Shown: one piece after another, positions 18,017 through 25,360 of the stretch
Layout: every line of letters starts with the position of its first letter
Numbering within the stretch: the first letter of the stretch is position 1
NCBI GenBank assembly: GCA_040905565.1
Contig: JBBDRF010000060.1
Coordinates: 1-25,360 of the forward strand
DNA: 25,360 nucleotides
Reading direction: 5' to 3'
Source: Phycisphaeraceae bacterium
GTDB lineage: Bacteria; Planctomycetota; Phycisphaerae; Phycisphaerales; Zrk34
Translations under genes and position numbers: made by a program
The notes under the pieces: generated by a model
Told to the model about the DNA's origin: nothing
The model's input: the letters and a program-made list of their open reading frames with translations, nothing else
The model's database searches: none

Positions 18017-18102
18017 AAGGGCGGAGCTGTGAGGGGCGGAGCGAGAAAAGCAGATAAGCCTCTGGGGGCGGCGTGCGGAGGAGTGCGTCGCCCCCTTTTT
18101 TT
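18017..18102 (+). ncRNA. Candidate GGA-rich small RNA
   Basis: Lies between a sigma28-like promoter and an intrinsic terminator. GGGCGGAGC occurs twice, the terminator loop is GGAGGA, and no credible ORF is present. Confidence 0.35.
18064..18102 (+). terminator. Intrinsic terminator
   Basis: 13-bp stem GGGGGCGGCGTGC/GTGCGTCGCCCCC (3 G-U pairs), loop GGAGGA, then T7. Confidence 0.9.
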
Positions 18103-18171
18103 GATTCACGTCGATTTTGCCCTGGCAGAACGATCAGATGCCGTGGCAGCGCAAGCATTACTTCAAGACGC

Positions 18172-18245
18172 GTGCCACTGGTGGCTTGCCCACCAGTGTC
18201 GTTGACCGACGGTCCGGGCATTGGTGGACGAGCCACCAGTGGCAC
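18172..18245. repeat. REP doublet (REPIN-like): two inverted 28-bp palindromic units
   Basis: GTGCCACTGGTGGCTTGCCCACCAGTGT (18172-18199) and GCATTGGTGGACGAGCCACCAGTGGCAC (18218-18245) match at 24/28 positions as inverted copies, and each is internally palindromic. Confidence 0.8.
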
Positions 18246-18257
18246 AAGTGCTTAGGA

Positions 18258-19085
18258 TCAATCACCATCCGACTGGTCGGAATGCTCCGAGCGGTCAGGT
18301 CGTTCGTCCTTGTCGTGCTCATCGTCGCGACCGTCCCGGCCTCGCCAGCCTCGACGGGAGAAGCGCAGGACCATTTCGAGGCGGCGCTCGACGACGCTGT
18401 CGCGCTCGGCCTGCTGTTCCTGAAGTTGTTCCCGTAGATGTTCCAGTCGGCGTTCGAGTTCGGCCGTTTCGTGCTCCAGCAGCTGCGTGCGGACATCGAA
18501 CTGTTCTTCAAGGATGCGCTTAAGCTGAGCCCGGGCCTGCTTGCTCTCAGCTTCGTCATCCGAGCGGGCTTCCTTCGCCAGGTGCATCGCCTGGATGCCC
18601 AGCTCATGCTCCTTGCGTCGCAGTTCGAACGCGCGTGGATCGGTTTCGCGCAGATGGGCCATGTGCAGCGCGTGGGGGCCGATGCGTGTGATGGCTGCTT
18701 CGAACCGTTCAGGATCTTCTTCTCGCGAAGTCTTCAGCCAGTCGGCGACGTGCGGCTGCATCTCCTGAAGTACATCAAGCACCTGCGCGACCTGCTCTTC
18801 CTGCAGCGGCGTATGAATCACCTGGTACGGCGGATACCCCCCGTAGCCACGGCCTCGCGGTCCGCCGCGATGGTCCGGCCGACGTCGACGGCGATCGTCG
18901 TCCGCCTCCGACCGGCGATCACGGCCACGTTCGTGATCTGCCTGATCGCGCTGTTGCGGCGGCGCGGCGTCGGCGGCTTCACCCCGGGCCTCGGCGACTT
19001 CCCCGAGCACCGCGATCAGGCTGACCAGCAGCACCGTGGCGGTGACGGTGGCCAGCGTTCGGGCTGTGTTGGCGAGATAGAACAT
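18258..19085 (-). CDS. Exported helical, highly charged protein (loosely Spy/CpxP-like)
   Basis: N-terminal hydrophobic signal, R/D/G-rich disordered ends, coiled-coil core (LKRILEEQFDVRTQLLEHE). SD GGAGA before ATG 19085. Confidence 0.75.
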   Translation of the reverse strand: MFYLANTARTLATVTATVLLVSLIAVLGEVAEARGEAADAAPPQQRDQADHERGRDRRSEADDDRRRRRPDHRGGPRGRGYGGYPPYQVIHTPLQEEQVAQVLDVLQEMQPHVADWLKTSREEDPERFEAAITRIGPHALHMAHLRETDPRAFELRRKEHELGIQAMHLAKEARSDDEAESKQARAQLKRILEEQFDVRTQLLEHETAELERRLEHLREQLQEQQAERDSVVERRLEMVLRFSRRGWRGRDGRDDEHDKDERPDRSEHSDQSDGD

Positions 19086-19117
19086 CACGATCTCCGACAG
19101 GCATGCGAGGGTTCCGC

Positions 19118-19723
19118 TTATTGCGAAGCGAAAGAAGCCTCGGCAAGCTCGTAGTAATAAAGCTGACGGGTCAGCTCGTCTTCAATGGCGGCATCGCTTT
19201 CGCGATCGGCGAGATAGTCAAGATCGGCAGCGATGGCGGAAACTTCGTCCTGAAACTCATCGTCGCGGCTGTAGGCCCAGGCGATGGTGTCCAGCGGATC
19301 CTCCAGGGCGATTGCGGGGCCGCTGCCTGAGGGGGCTGTTTGAGGCGTTGTGCCCTCAGGCGATGAGCCGAAGTGCACGGCGAGCCCCACCGCGAGCATG
19401 AACGCTGCCGCCACGGCGAAAGAACCCAGCTTTGCGAGCACCGACGGCCGACCCGACCGCGCCATCCGCTGGCCCGGTGTGGTCACGCCAGCGATACGTG
19501 AGGCGAGTTCGGCAGACGGGGCGCCGTCGCCCGAAACGGCCAGCGAGGCCCGCAACGGCTCCGCCAGGTCACCCGCCATCACCTGATCGGCTGTGGCTTC
19601 GAACACCTCATCGGCCAGGTCCGCACGCGCAGCGGAGCCCTTGAGGGCCGACCGCAGTTCGCGGTCAAGCTCCTCCAGCGACGGTTCCAGATGCTGCCAA
19701 TTGTGTCGACCTTGCTCGGTCAT
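19118..19723 (-). CDS. Putative single-pass anti-sigma factor
   Basis: Directly downstream of the ECF sigma, with a cytoplasmic N-terminus and one TM (FAVAAAFMLAVGLAV). Confidence 0.7.
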   Translation of the reverse strand: MTEQGRHNWQHLEPSLEELDRELRSALKGSAARADLADEVFEATADQVMAGDLAEPLRASLAVSGDGAPSAELASRIAGVTTPGQRMARSGRPSVLAKLGSFAVAAAFMLAVGLAVHFGSSPEGTTPQTAPSGSGPAIALEDPLDTIAWAYSRDDEFQDEVSAIAADLDYLADRESDAAIEDELTRQLYYYELAEASFASQ

Positions 19724-19804
19724 GATGCTTTCCTTGATGCCCCAACGCGGGGTCTACTTGTTGCTCGATCTCTGCACGCCGTCTGAACGCTATCCAGTGA
19801 CACG

Positions 19805-20407
19805 CTAAGTGGTGGGATCGGCTTTTCGTTGCATCGGCTTTGCGTATTCAACCTCGTTCGGCTCGAGAATGCGGCGGAGCTTCTTCAGCGCCCGGTGCCC
19901 GCGCGCCAGCACCGTGCCCAGCGGCTCGCCGAGCGTTTCAGCAATCTGCGCGAAGCTCAGCTCGGCGGTGTAACGCAGGTTCAGCAGTTCCTGGTCCGCC
20001 TGGGGCAGCCGCTGCACCGCTTCGTTGAGCTGATCGTGACGCTCCTGCTGCTGCATCGTTTCCAGCGGCAGCACGGCCCCCTCGCCCTGATTCACAGCTT
20101 GCGGTGGTAGTGTGGTGAAATCCATCGGACGGGCCTGCCTTTTCTGTCGACGCTGTTCATCACGCAACCGATTCACGGCAATGCGGAACAGCCAGGCTTC
20201 GAAACGTCCCAGTTCGTGGTAATTCGGCAGTTCGGTGACGATTTTCACAAACGTCGCCTGCGTGATCTCCTCCGCAAGCTCCGGCGATCCGCACTGCCTG
20301 TACAGCAGCGCATACACCCGACCGGTGTAAGCGTGGACCAGATCGTGCCATGCCTGACCGTCGCCACGCGCGGCGGCCTGCAAAGTTTCTTCGCGTTGTG
20401 CTGCCAT
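19805..20407 (-). CDS. ECF RNA polymerase sigma factor
   Basis: Region 2 (AEEITQATF, FEAWLFRIAVNRLRD) and region 4 (LSFAQIAETLGEPLGTVLARGHRALKKLR). ATG 20407 follows a purine-rich SD. Confidence 0.93.
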   Translation of the reverse strand: MAAQREETLQAAARGDGQAWHDLVHAYTGRVYALLYRQCGSPELAEEITQATFVKIVTELPNYHELGRFEAWLFRIAVNRLRDEQRRQKRQARPMDFTTLPPQAVNQGEGAVLPLETMQQQERHDQLNEAVQRLPQADQELLNLRYTAELSFAQIAETLGEPLGTVLARGHRALKKLRRILEPNEVEYAKPMQRKADPTT

Positions 20408-20460
20408 GGCTCTCTTTCCAACGCCTGTCACAGGAAATTATTGCTCAAAGAGTTTTATCC

Positions 20461-20489
20461 TTGGCGGCCCGATCTCCGGGGGCTATACT
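20461..20489 (+). promoter_or_regulatory. Sigma70 promoter for ilvB leader
   Basis: TTGGCG-N17-TATACT. Confidence 0.7.
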
Positions 20490-20498
20490 TACAACGTC

Positions 20499-20612
20499 AT
20501 GAAATGCATTACTGACCAACCAATGTCTTTGCCGCTTCACGCCAGGCCCGTGGTACCCAAGGTCGTGGTAAGAAGGCGGGTCGGCAGCAACCTTTGGCTA
20601 CAGCTAGGCTGA
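20499..20612 (+). CDS. Putative ilvB leader (attenuator) peptide, 37 aa
   Basis: MKCITDQPMSLPLHARPVVPKVVVRRRVGSNLWLQLG contains a Val cluster, starts 9 nt after the -10 box and lies upstream of ilvB. Alternative start at ATG 20523. Confidence 0.6.
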   Translation: MKCITDQPMSLPLHARPVVPKVVVRRRVGSNLWLQLG

Positions 20613-20795
20613 GCACAGGGTTGCAGCGATCCGCCGTTGCACCGGTCAGCGTGACAGAGAGACGCATGCGGGGACGGGGGCATCCTAAGCCAAACCGTGC
20701 GTCTCTCAAAATCTTCCAAATGATGAGCAAAACGACCTTCAGCCCGGCACCTTCAACCGGCGCCCAGAAGGACTTGAACGAGTGAGGCTTCTGCC

Positions 20796-22628
20796 ATGAC
20801 CCGAGCGATGCGTCCAGCTACTTTGAATACCGATATCGATTCCCTCGCCACCATCCCCAAGACCGACAAGTACATCGGGATGAAGGGCGCGGAAATCTTC
20901 CACGAACAGATGCGCGAGCACGGCGTCGACGTCATGTTCGGCTACCCCGGCGGCGCCATCCTGCCCGTCTTCGACGCCATTCACGAATCGAAGCATTTCA
21001 AGTTCATCCTCACCCGCCATGAGCAGGGTGCAGGCCACATGGCTGAGGGCTATGCCCGCGCCACCGGCAAGCCCGGCGTCGTCCTCGTCACCAGCGGCCC
21101 CGGGGCGACCAACGTCGTCACCGCCATGCAGGACGCCCTGATGGATGGCACCCCCATGGTCGTCTTCACAGGCCAGGTCGCCACCTTCGCCATCGGCTCC
21201 GACGCCTTCCAGGAAGCGGACGTGACCGGCATCACCCGCCCGTGCACCAAGTGGAACGTGCTGGTGAAGGATGTCCGCGAGTTGCCCCGCCGCATCAATG
21301 AGGCTTTCCACATCGCCACCACCGGTCGCCCCGGGCCCGTGCTGGTCGACCTGCCGAAGGACGTGACCGCTGCGGTGCTCAAGGAAGCCGTCGCTGTCGA
21401 ACCCCACCTGCCCGGCTACCACGTCCGCGAGCAGGGGACCAGTGAGGAAGTCGCGAAGGCGGCGGAGATGATCAATGCGGCCGAGCGGCCGATCTTTTAC
21501 GTTGGGCAGGGTGCGGTGCTTTCCGGTGCCGATCAGGTGCTCCGCCGTGTCGCCAAGGCTGCGAACATTCCCGTGACGACCACGCTGCAGGGCCTCGGCG
21601 CATTCGACGAAACCGACGACCTCTCCCTCCACATGCTCGGTATGCACGGCTCGGCTTACGCCAACTATTCGATGCAGCAGGCCGACCTCGTCATCGCCGT
21701 CGGGGCGCGCTTTGACGATCGCGTGACCGGCCGCACCGTTGATTTCGCCCCCGAAGCCCGCAAGGCTCACCGCGAAGGCCGGGGCGGGTTCATTCACTTT
21801 GATATCTCCCCCGAGCAGATCAGCAAGATCGTCCCGGCGACGCTTGGCGTCGAAGGCGATGCGCGTAAGAACCTCGAGCTGCTCGAGCCGAACATCGAGT
21901 ACCGTGAGCGCGCGGAGTGGTTCGCGCAGATCCGCCAGTGGAAGGAAAAATACCCCTTCCGCTACAACGAAGACCGGCGGCCCGGCCACATGAAGCCCCA
22001 GCAGGTCATCGAAGAACTCTACAAGCAGACCAACGGAGAAGCGGTGCTCGCGACCGGCGTCGGGCAGCATCAGATGTGGGCGGCTCAGTTCTACAAGTAC
22101 AAACGGCCCCGCCAGTGGATCACCTCGGGCGGGCTCGGCACGATGGGCTACGGTGTGCCCTCGGCCATCGGCGCGAAGCTCGGCCTCATGGTCGAAGCGG
22201 AGAAGCACGGCGGTAAGGATTACGTCGTGGTCGATATCGACGGCGACGGTTCCTTCTGCATGACCGCCATGGAAATGGCCACCGCGGCTCAATACAACAT
22301 CCCCGCGAAAATTCTCATCCTCAACAACGACTTCCAAGGCATGGTCAAGCAGTGGCAGGACCTGTTCTACGACGAACGCTACAGCCATACGCAGATGCAC
22401 AACCCGGACTTCGTGAAGCTCGCCGAGGCGATGCACTGCAAAGCCGTCCGCTGTGAATCCGCCGACGAACTGCCCGAGAAAATGCGGGAATTCCTCGAAG
22501 CTGAGGGCCCGGTCGTCGGCGACTTCCGCGTGGAAAAACATGAACACGTTTGGCCCATGGTGCCTGCCGGCGCGAGCCTGGACGAGATGGAACTCGGCGT
22601 CGTCGGCGAGTCACCGGAACCCGCCTGA
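20796..22628 (+). CDS. ilvB: Acetolactate synthase (AHAS) large catalytic subunit
   Basis: FGYPGGAILP, RHEQGAGHMAEGYAR, GARFDDRVTG, GQHQMW, SGGLGTMG and the ThDP motif GDGSF...NN. Confidence 0.96.
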   Translation: MTRAMRPATLNTDIDSLATIPKTDKYIGMKGAEIFHEQMREHGVDVMFGYPGGAILPVFDAIHESKHFKFILTRHEQGAGHMAEGYARATGKPGVVLVTSGPGATNVVTAMQDALMDGTPMVVFTGQVATFAIGSDAFQEADVTGITRPCTKWNVLVKDVRELPRRINEAFHIATTGRPGPVLVDLPKDVTAAVLKEAVAVEPHLPGYHVREQGTSEEVAKAAEMINAAERPIFYVGQGAVLSGADQVLRRVAKAANIPVTTTLQGLGAFDETDDLSLHMLGMHGSAYANYSMQQADLVIAVGARFDDRVTGRTVDFAPEARKAHREGRGGFIHFDISPEQISKIVPATLGVEGDARKNLELLEPNIEYRERAEWFAQIRQWKEKYPFRYNEDRRPGHMKPQQVIEELYKQTNGEAVLATGVGQHQMWAAQFYKYKRPRQWITSGGLGTMGYGVPSAIGAKLGLMVEAEKHGGKDYVVVDIDGDGSFCMTAMEMATAAQYNIPAKILILNNDFQGMVKQWQDLFYDERYSHTQMHNPDFVKLAEAMHCKAVRCESADELPEKMREFLEAEGPVVGDFRVEKHEHVWPMVPAGASLDEMELGVVGESPEPA

Positions 22629-22662
22629 AGCCCAGGCACTCGAGTGCATCGAAGGTCAGGGA

Positions 22663-22690
22663 TTGCCTGATCTGATCCGTTGCATATAGT
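22663..22690 (+). promoter_or_regulatory. Putative sigma70 promoter for DUF2062-maf
   Basis: TTGCCT-N16-TATAGT in the intergenic gap. Confidence 0.5.
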
Positions 22691-22747
22691 GACGGCGAGC
22701 CAGTTAAGCGATCCACCTGAGGCGCTGCGAGCGTCGGGGTCAAGACC

Positions 22748-23413
22748 ATGTATCGTCGACACATACGTGCCCGCTGGCGCCTCTACGCACGACGTTCGCG
22801 CCAGTTCGTGTTGCACAACATCCTGCACGCCGACGACCCGCCCCACCGCCTCGCGCTGGGGATCGCGGTCGGCATTTGGGTGATGTACACCCCGACCATG
22901 GGCCTGCAGATGATGATGGTGGTCGCGCTCGCCTGGCTGCTGGGTGCGAACAAGGTGGTCGGTCTGCCCGTCATCTGGATTTCGAACCCGGTAACGTTCG
23001 TCCCGATCTTCTGGCCCTCCTACTGGCTGGGCTCAGTCCTGCTCGGTGAGCCGACCGTGCGCGAAGGCTACTGGCGCGAACTGTTAAAGCCTCCGCCCGG
23101 TTGGCTCGAAGGCGTGGTGTTTTACTGGAGTTCGTTCATGGAGATCGCCGCCCCGCTCTGGCTGGGCAGCCTGATCATCGGCACGATCGCCGCAACCGTC
23201 ACCTACTTCGTCTGCCATCGCCTGATCTGCTTCTACCGGATTCGCCGGTGGGGCGGTATCGTCCCGCCCTCGATGGCCCTGGTGCCGGTAGCCAAACACA
23301 AAGCCTCCGCTCGGCCAGCCGATAAGGGCAAGGAAGCCGCCAAGCCTCACGCCCCCAAACAGCGCATCATGCCCGCCGTCCCCACCGCCACGCACGACCC
23401 CCGGCGGTCGTAG
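22748..23413 (+). CDS. DUF2062 family membrane protein
   Basis: DDPPHRLALGIAVG, PTMGLQ, WISNPVT and PLWLGS motifs with several TM segments. Confidence 0.85.
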   Translation: MYRRHIRARWRLYARRSRQFVLHNILHADDPPHRLALGIAVGIWVMYTPTMGLQMMMVVALAWLLGANKVVGLPVIWISNPVTFVPIFWPSYWLGSVLLGEPTVREGYWRELLKPPPGWLEGVVFYWSSFMEIAAPLWLGSLIIGTIAATVTYFVCHRLICFYRIRRWGGIVPPSMALVPVAKHKASARPADKGKEAAKPHAPKQRIMPAVPTATHDPRRS

Positions 23414-23436
23414 CCGTACCGCGTCTGAGATTTGAG

Positions 23437-24069
23437 ATGTCCGCTGTCCCCCACCGCTCCGCGCCCGACCACGATGCCGCCCGACTGGTGCTCGGCAGCG
23501 CTTCGCCCCGTCGCGCTGATCTGCTCCGGCAGGCGGGCTTCGCCTTCGTCACGCAGACGTCCTCTTTTGATGAGTCGGCCGAAGATCTCGCCGGCCTCGC
23601 CGTCGCCGAGCAGGTTCAACGGCTGGCCGAGGGGAAGGCCAAAGCCCTCGCTGAGCAGGTCTCGCACGGCCTCATCCTCACCGCCGACACGCTCGTCAGC
23701 GTAGCCGATCAGCCGGTGGGCAAGCCGACCGACGCAGCCGATGCCCGTTGCATGCTCGAAAGACTCATTGGCCAGTCGCACCAGGTGTTCACCGGCGTCT
23801 GCGTGATCGATGCTGCGGAGTCCCGCGAACCGATCGCCTTCGTCGACGCCGCCACCGTCACCATCGCCCCGCTCTCGACGGAGGCACTCGAAACGTACAT
23901 CGCCTCGCAAGCGTGGCGCGGCAAAGCGGGCGGCTACAACCTCGCGGAACTGGAAACGCGTTGGCGCTTCACCGTCGAAGGCGACCCGTCGACCGTCGTC
24001 GGCCTGCCGATGCAGAGACTGACGCCGATGCTGCGCCAAAGGCTCTCGGGCAGACAGGCTCGACGTTGA
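23437..24069 (+). CDS. maf: Maf family nucleoside triphosphate pyrophosphatase
   Basis: LVLGSASPRRADLL, LAEGKA, ADT, GKP, KAGGY and VVGLP motifs. Confidence 0.92.
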   Translation: MSAVPHRSAPDHDAARLVLGSASPRRADLLRQAGFAFVTQTSSFDESAEDLAGLAVAEQVQRLAEGKAKALAEQVSHGLILTADTLVSVADQPVGKPTDAADARCMLERLIGQSHQVFTGVCVIDAAESREPIAFVDAATVTIAPLSTEALETYIASQAWRGKAGGYNLAELETRWRFTVEGDPSTVVGLPMQRLTPMLRQRLSGRQARR

Positions 24070-24095
24070 GCAGGCATGGCCTCTACAATCGCCGC

Positions 24096-25199
24096 GTGCC
24101 CGAACCGCTCACCCCATCTCGCTACCGCCTGGACGTCGACGCTGTGCTGAGCGGGCGCGATCGCACCGCGCGGGCCACGGTTCTGCGCACCCTCACCCGT
24201 TGCGCCGAACCGATCTATGCGATGACGATGAGCGCACGCAATGCCGCTTTCCGTCACGGTTGGCGCAAAGCCGTCACGCTACCCAGGCCCGTCATCAGCG
24301 TCGGCAACATCACCACCGGCGGCACCGGCAAGACGCCGATGGTCATCTACCTCGCACGCCACCTGATGGCCCGGGACTTGAAGCCCGCCATCCTGCTACG
24401 CGGTTACGCAGCGGACCGCACCGGCTTCAGCGACGAGGCCCGCCTGCTCCGCGAAGCGCTCGGCTCGGACGTCCCTATCGGCGTTGGTGCCGACCGCGTC
24501 GCGGCTGCCGAATCGCTTTTGCAGGAACATTCCGACACCGACGTGCTGCTTCTTGACGATGCGTTTCAGCACCGCCGCGTGATGCGTGATCTTGATCTGG
24601 TGCTGATCGATGCGACCAACCCGTTCGGCTACGGCCACGTCCTGCCGCGCGGTCTGCTGCGGGAGCCGGTGGGCGGGCTGGGGCGCGCTGATGCCGTGAT
24701 CGTCACGCGTGCCGAGCAGCTGTCGGGCATTCACGCTGCGGATGAACTGGAACAGCAGATCGTCAAGCACCACGGCCGCCCGCCGATCGCATGGTTCGCC
24801 CACCGCTGGGCAAGCGTCGTCGACGCGACCGGCCGCACCCTCGCCACCACGCCGGACAACTTCGCAGGCGATCGTCCCAAGGTCCTCGCGTTCTGCGGCA
24901 TCGGTCGCCCCGCCCCCTTCTTCGCCGAAGCGAACCGATGGTTCCACGTCGTCCAGACCCGCACCTTCGACGATCACCACGCCTACAGCGAAACCGACCT
25001 CCGCGCCCTACGCACCGCTGCTGAACAACACGCCGCCACCGCGTTGCTGACGACGGAAAAAGACTGGACCAAGCTCAGCAAACTCAACACCGACGAGCAT
25101 CCACTCAGCACCAACATCTACCGCCCCAAACTCACCCTCGACCCGTTCCGAGGCGAAGCCAAATTGCTGGATCTTCTCACAACGCGCGCACAACGTTAG
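24096..25199 (+). CDS. lpxK: Tetraacyldisaccharide 4'-kinase
   Basis: PVISVGNITTGGTGKTP, LRGY, SDE, LLDDAFQH, LPRGLLRE, DHH and TTEKD motifs. Start inferred at GTG 24096 because the longer ORF overlaps maf. Confidence 0.94.
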   Translation: MPEPLTPSRYRLDVDAVLSGRDRTARATVLRTLTRCAEPIYAMTMSARNAAFRHGWRKAVTLPRPVISVGNITTGGTGKTPMVIYLARHLMARDLKPAILLRGYAADRTGFSDEARLLREALGSDVPIGVGADRVAAAESLLQEHSDTDVLLLDDAFQHRRVMRDLDLVLIDATNPFGYGHVLPRGLLREPVGGLGRADAVIVTRAEQLSGIHAADELEQQIVKHHGRPPIAWFAHRWASVVDATGRTLATTPDNFAGDRPKVLAFCGIGRPAPFFAEANRWFHVVQTRTFDDHHAYSETDLRALRTAAEQHAATALLTTEKDWTKLSKLNTDEHPLSTNIYRPKLTLDPFRGEAKLLDLLTTRAQR

Positions 25200-25276
25200 C
25201 GGGCGAGCGTAAATCGCCACTTCGACCACGCGGATCTTCGATCCGCCGCTAACTTTTGTCGATGATTGCCGTCGCG

Positions 25277-25360
25277 TTAGATCGGCATGCCGGTGATGGT
25301 GGCTTCGAAGACGAGGGTGCCGTCGACGATGCCCTGAACGTCGCAGATCATGCGGCGGGG
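25277..25360 (-). CDS. 3' end of a probable FabA/FabZ-like 3-hydroxyacyl-ACP dehydratase (partial)
   Basis: The minus strand reads PRRMICDVQGIVDGTLVFEATITGMPI-stop, resembling hot-dog-fold C-terminal strands. Only 27 aa are visible. Confidence 0.5.
   Translation of the reverse strand, partial: PRRMICDVQGIVDGTLVFEATITGMPI

Noticed and set aside
18172..18245. CRISPR mini-array
   Set aside because: There are only two units, they are inverted rather than direct, the spacer is 18 bp, and no cas genes are present.
19741..20446. Shared GAGCAAYAA...CGTTGG motif upstream of the ECF sigma and anti-sigma genes as an autoregulatory promoter
   Set aside because: The spacing differs (14 vs 10 nt), so the two cannot both be the same ECF promoter. 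The evidence is insufficient.
23748..24095. N-terminal extension of LpxK in the ORF track
   Set aside because: It overlaps maf in another frame and is low-complexity Arg-rich sequence. The start at GTG 24096 fits better.

Overview
This is a GC-rich bacterial chromosomal window. Gene content and protein style suggest Planctomycetota, probably Phycisphaerae (inference). Gene order: leuS (+); an RND efflux pair (MFP + AcrB-like, -); a divergent ~10 kb type IV filament locus (+) containing a major pilin-like gene with a long structured leader and its own terminator, a small membrane protein, a GspH/FimT-like minor pilin, PilM/N/O-like genes, an apparently frameshifted PilP-like gene, a secretin, a TPR lipoprotein, a single-domain response regulator and a GAF/HD-GYP protein; a candidate sRNA and a REP doublet; an ECF sigma/anti-sigma/helical exported-protein operon (-); ilvB with a Val-rich leader peptide; DUF2062-maf-lpxK (+); and the 3' end of a FabA/FabZ-like gene (-). 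Most notable: (1) sigma28(FliA)-like promoter motifs recur across the pilus/c-di-GMP locus, and the best one points into a ~85-nt non-coding, GGA-rich, terminator-capped candidate sRNA; (2) the pilin gene has a multi-stem leader; (3) the AHAS large subunit carries a fungal Ilv2-type insertion; (4) ilvB has a probable attenuator leader. All family calls come from motif recognition by eye, not database searches.
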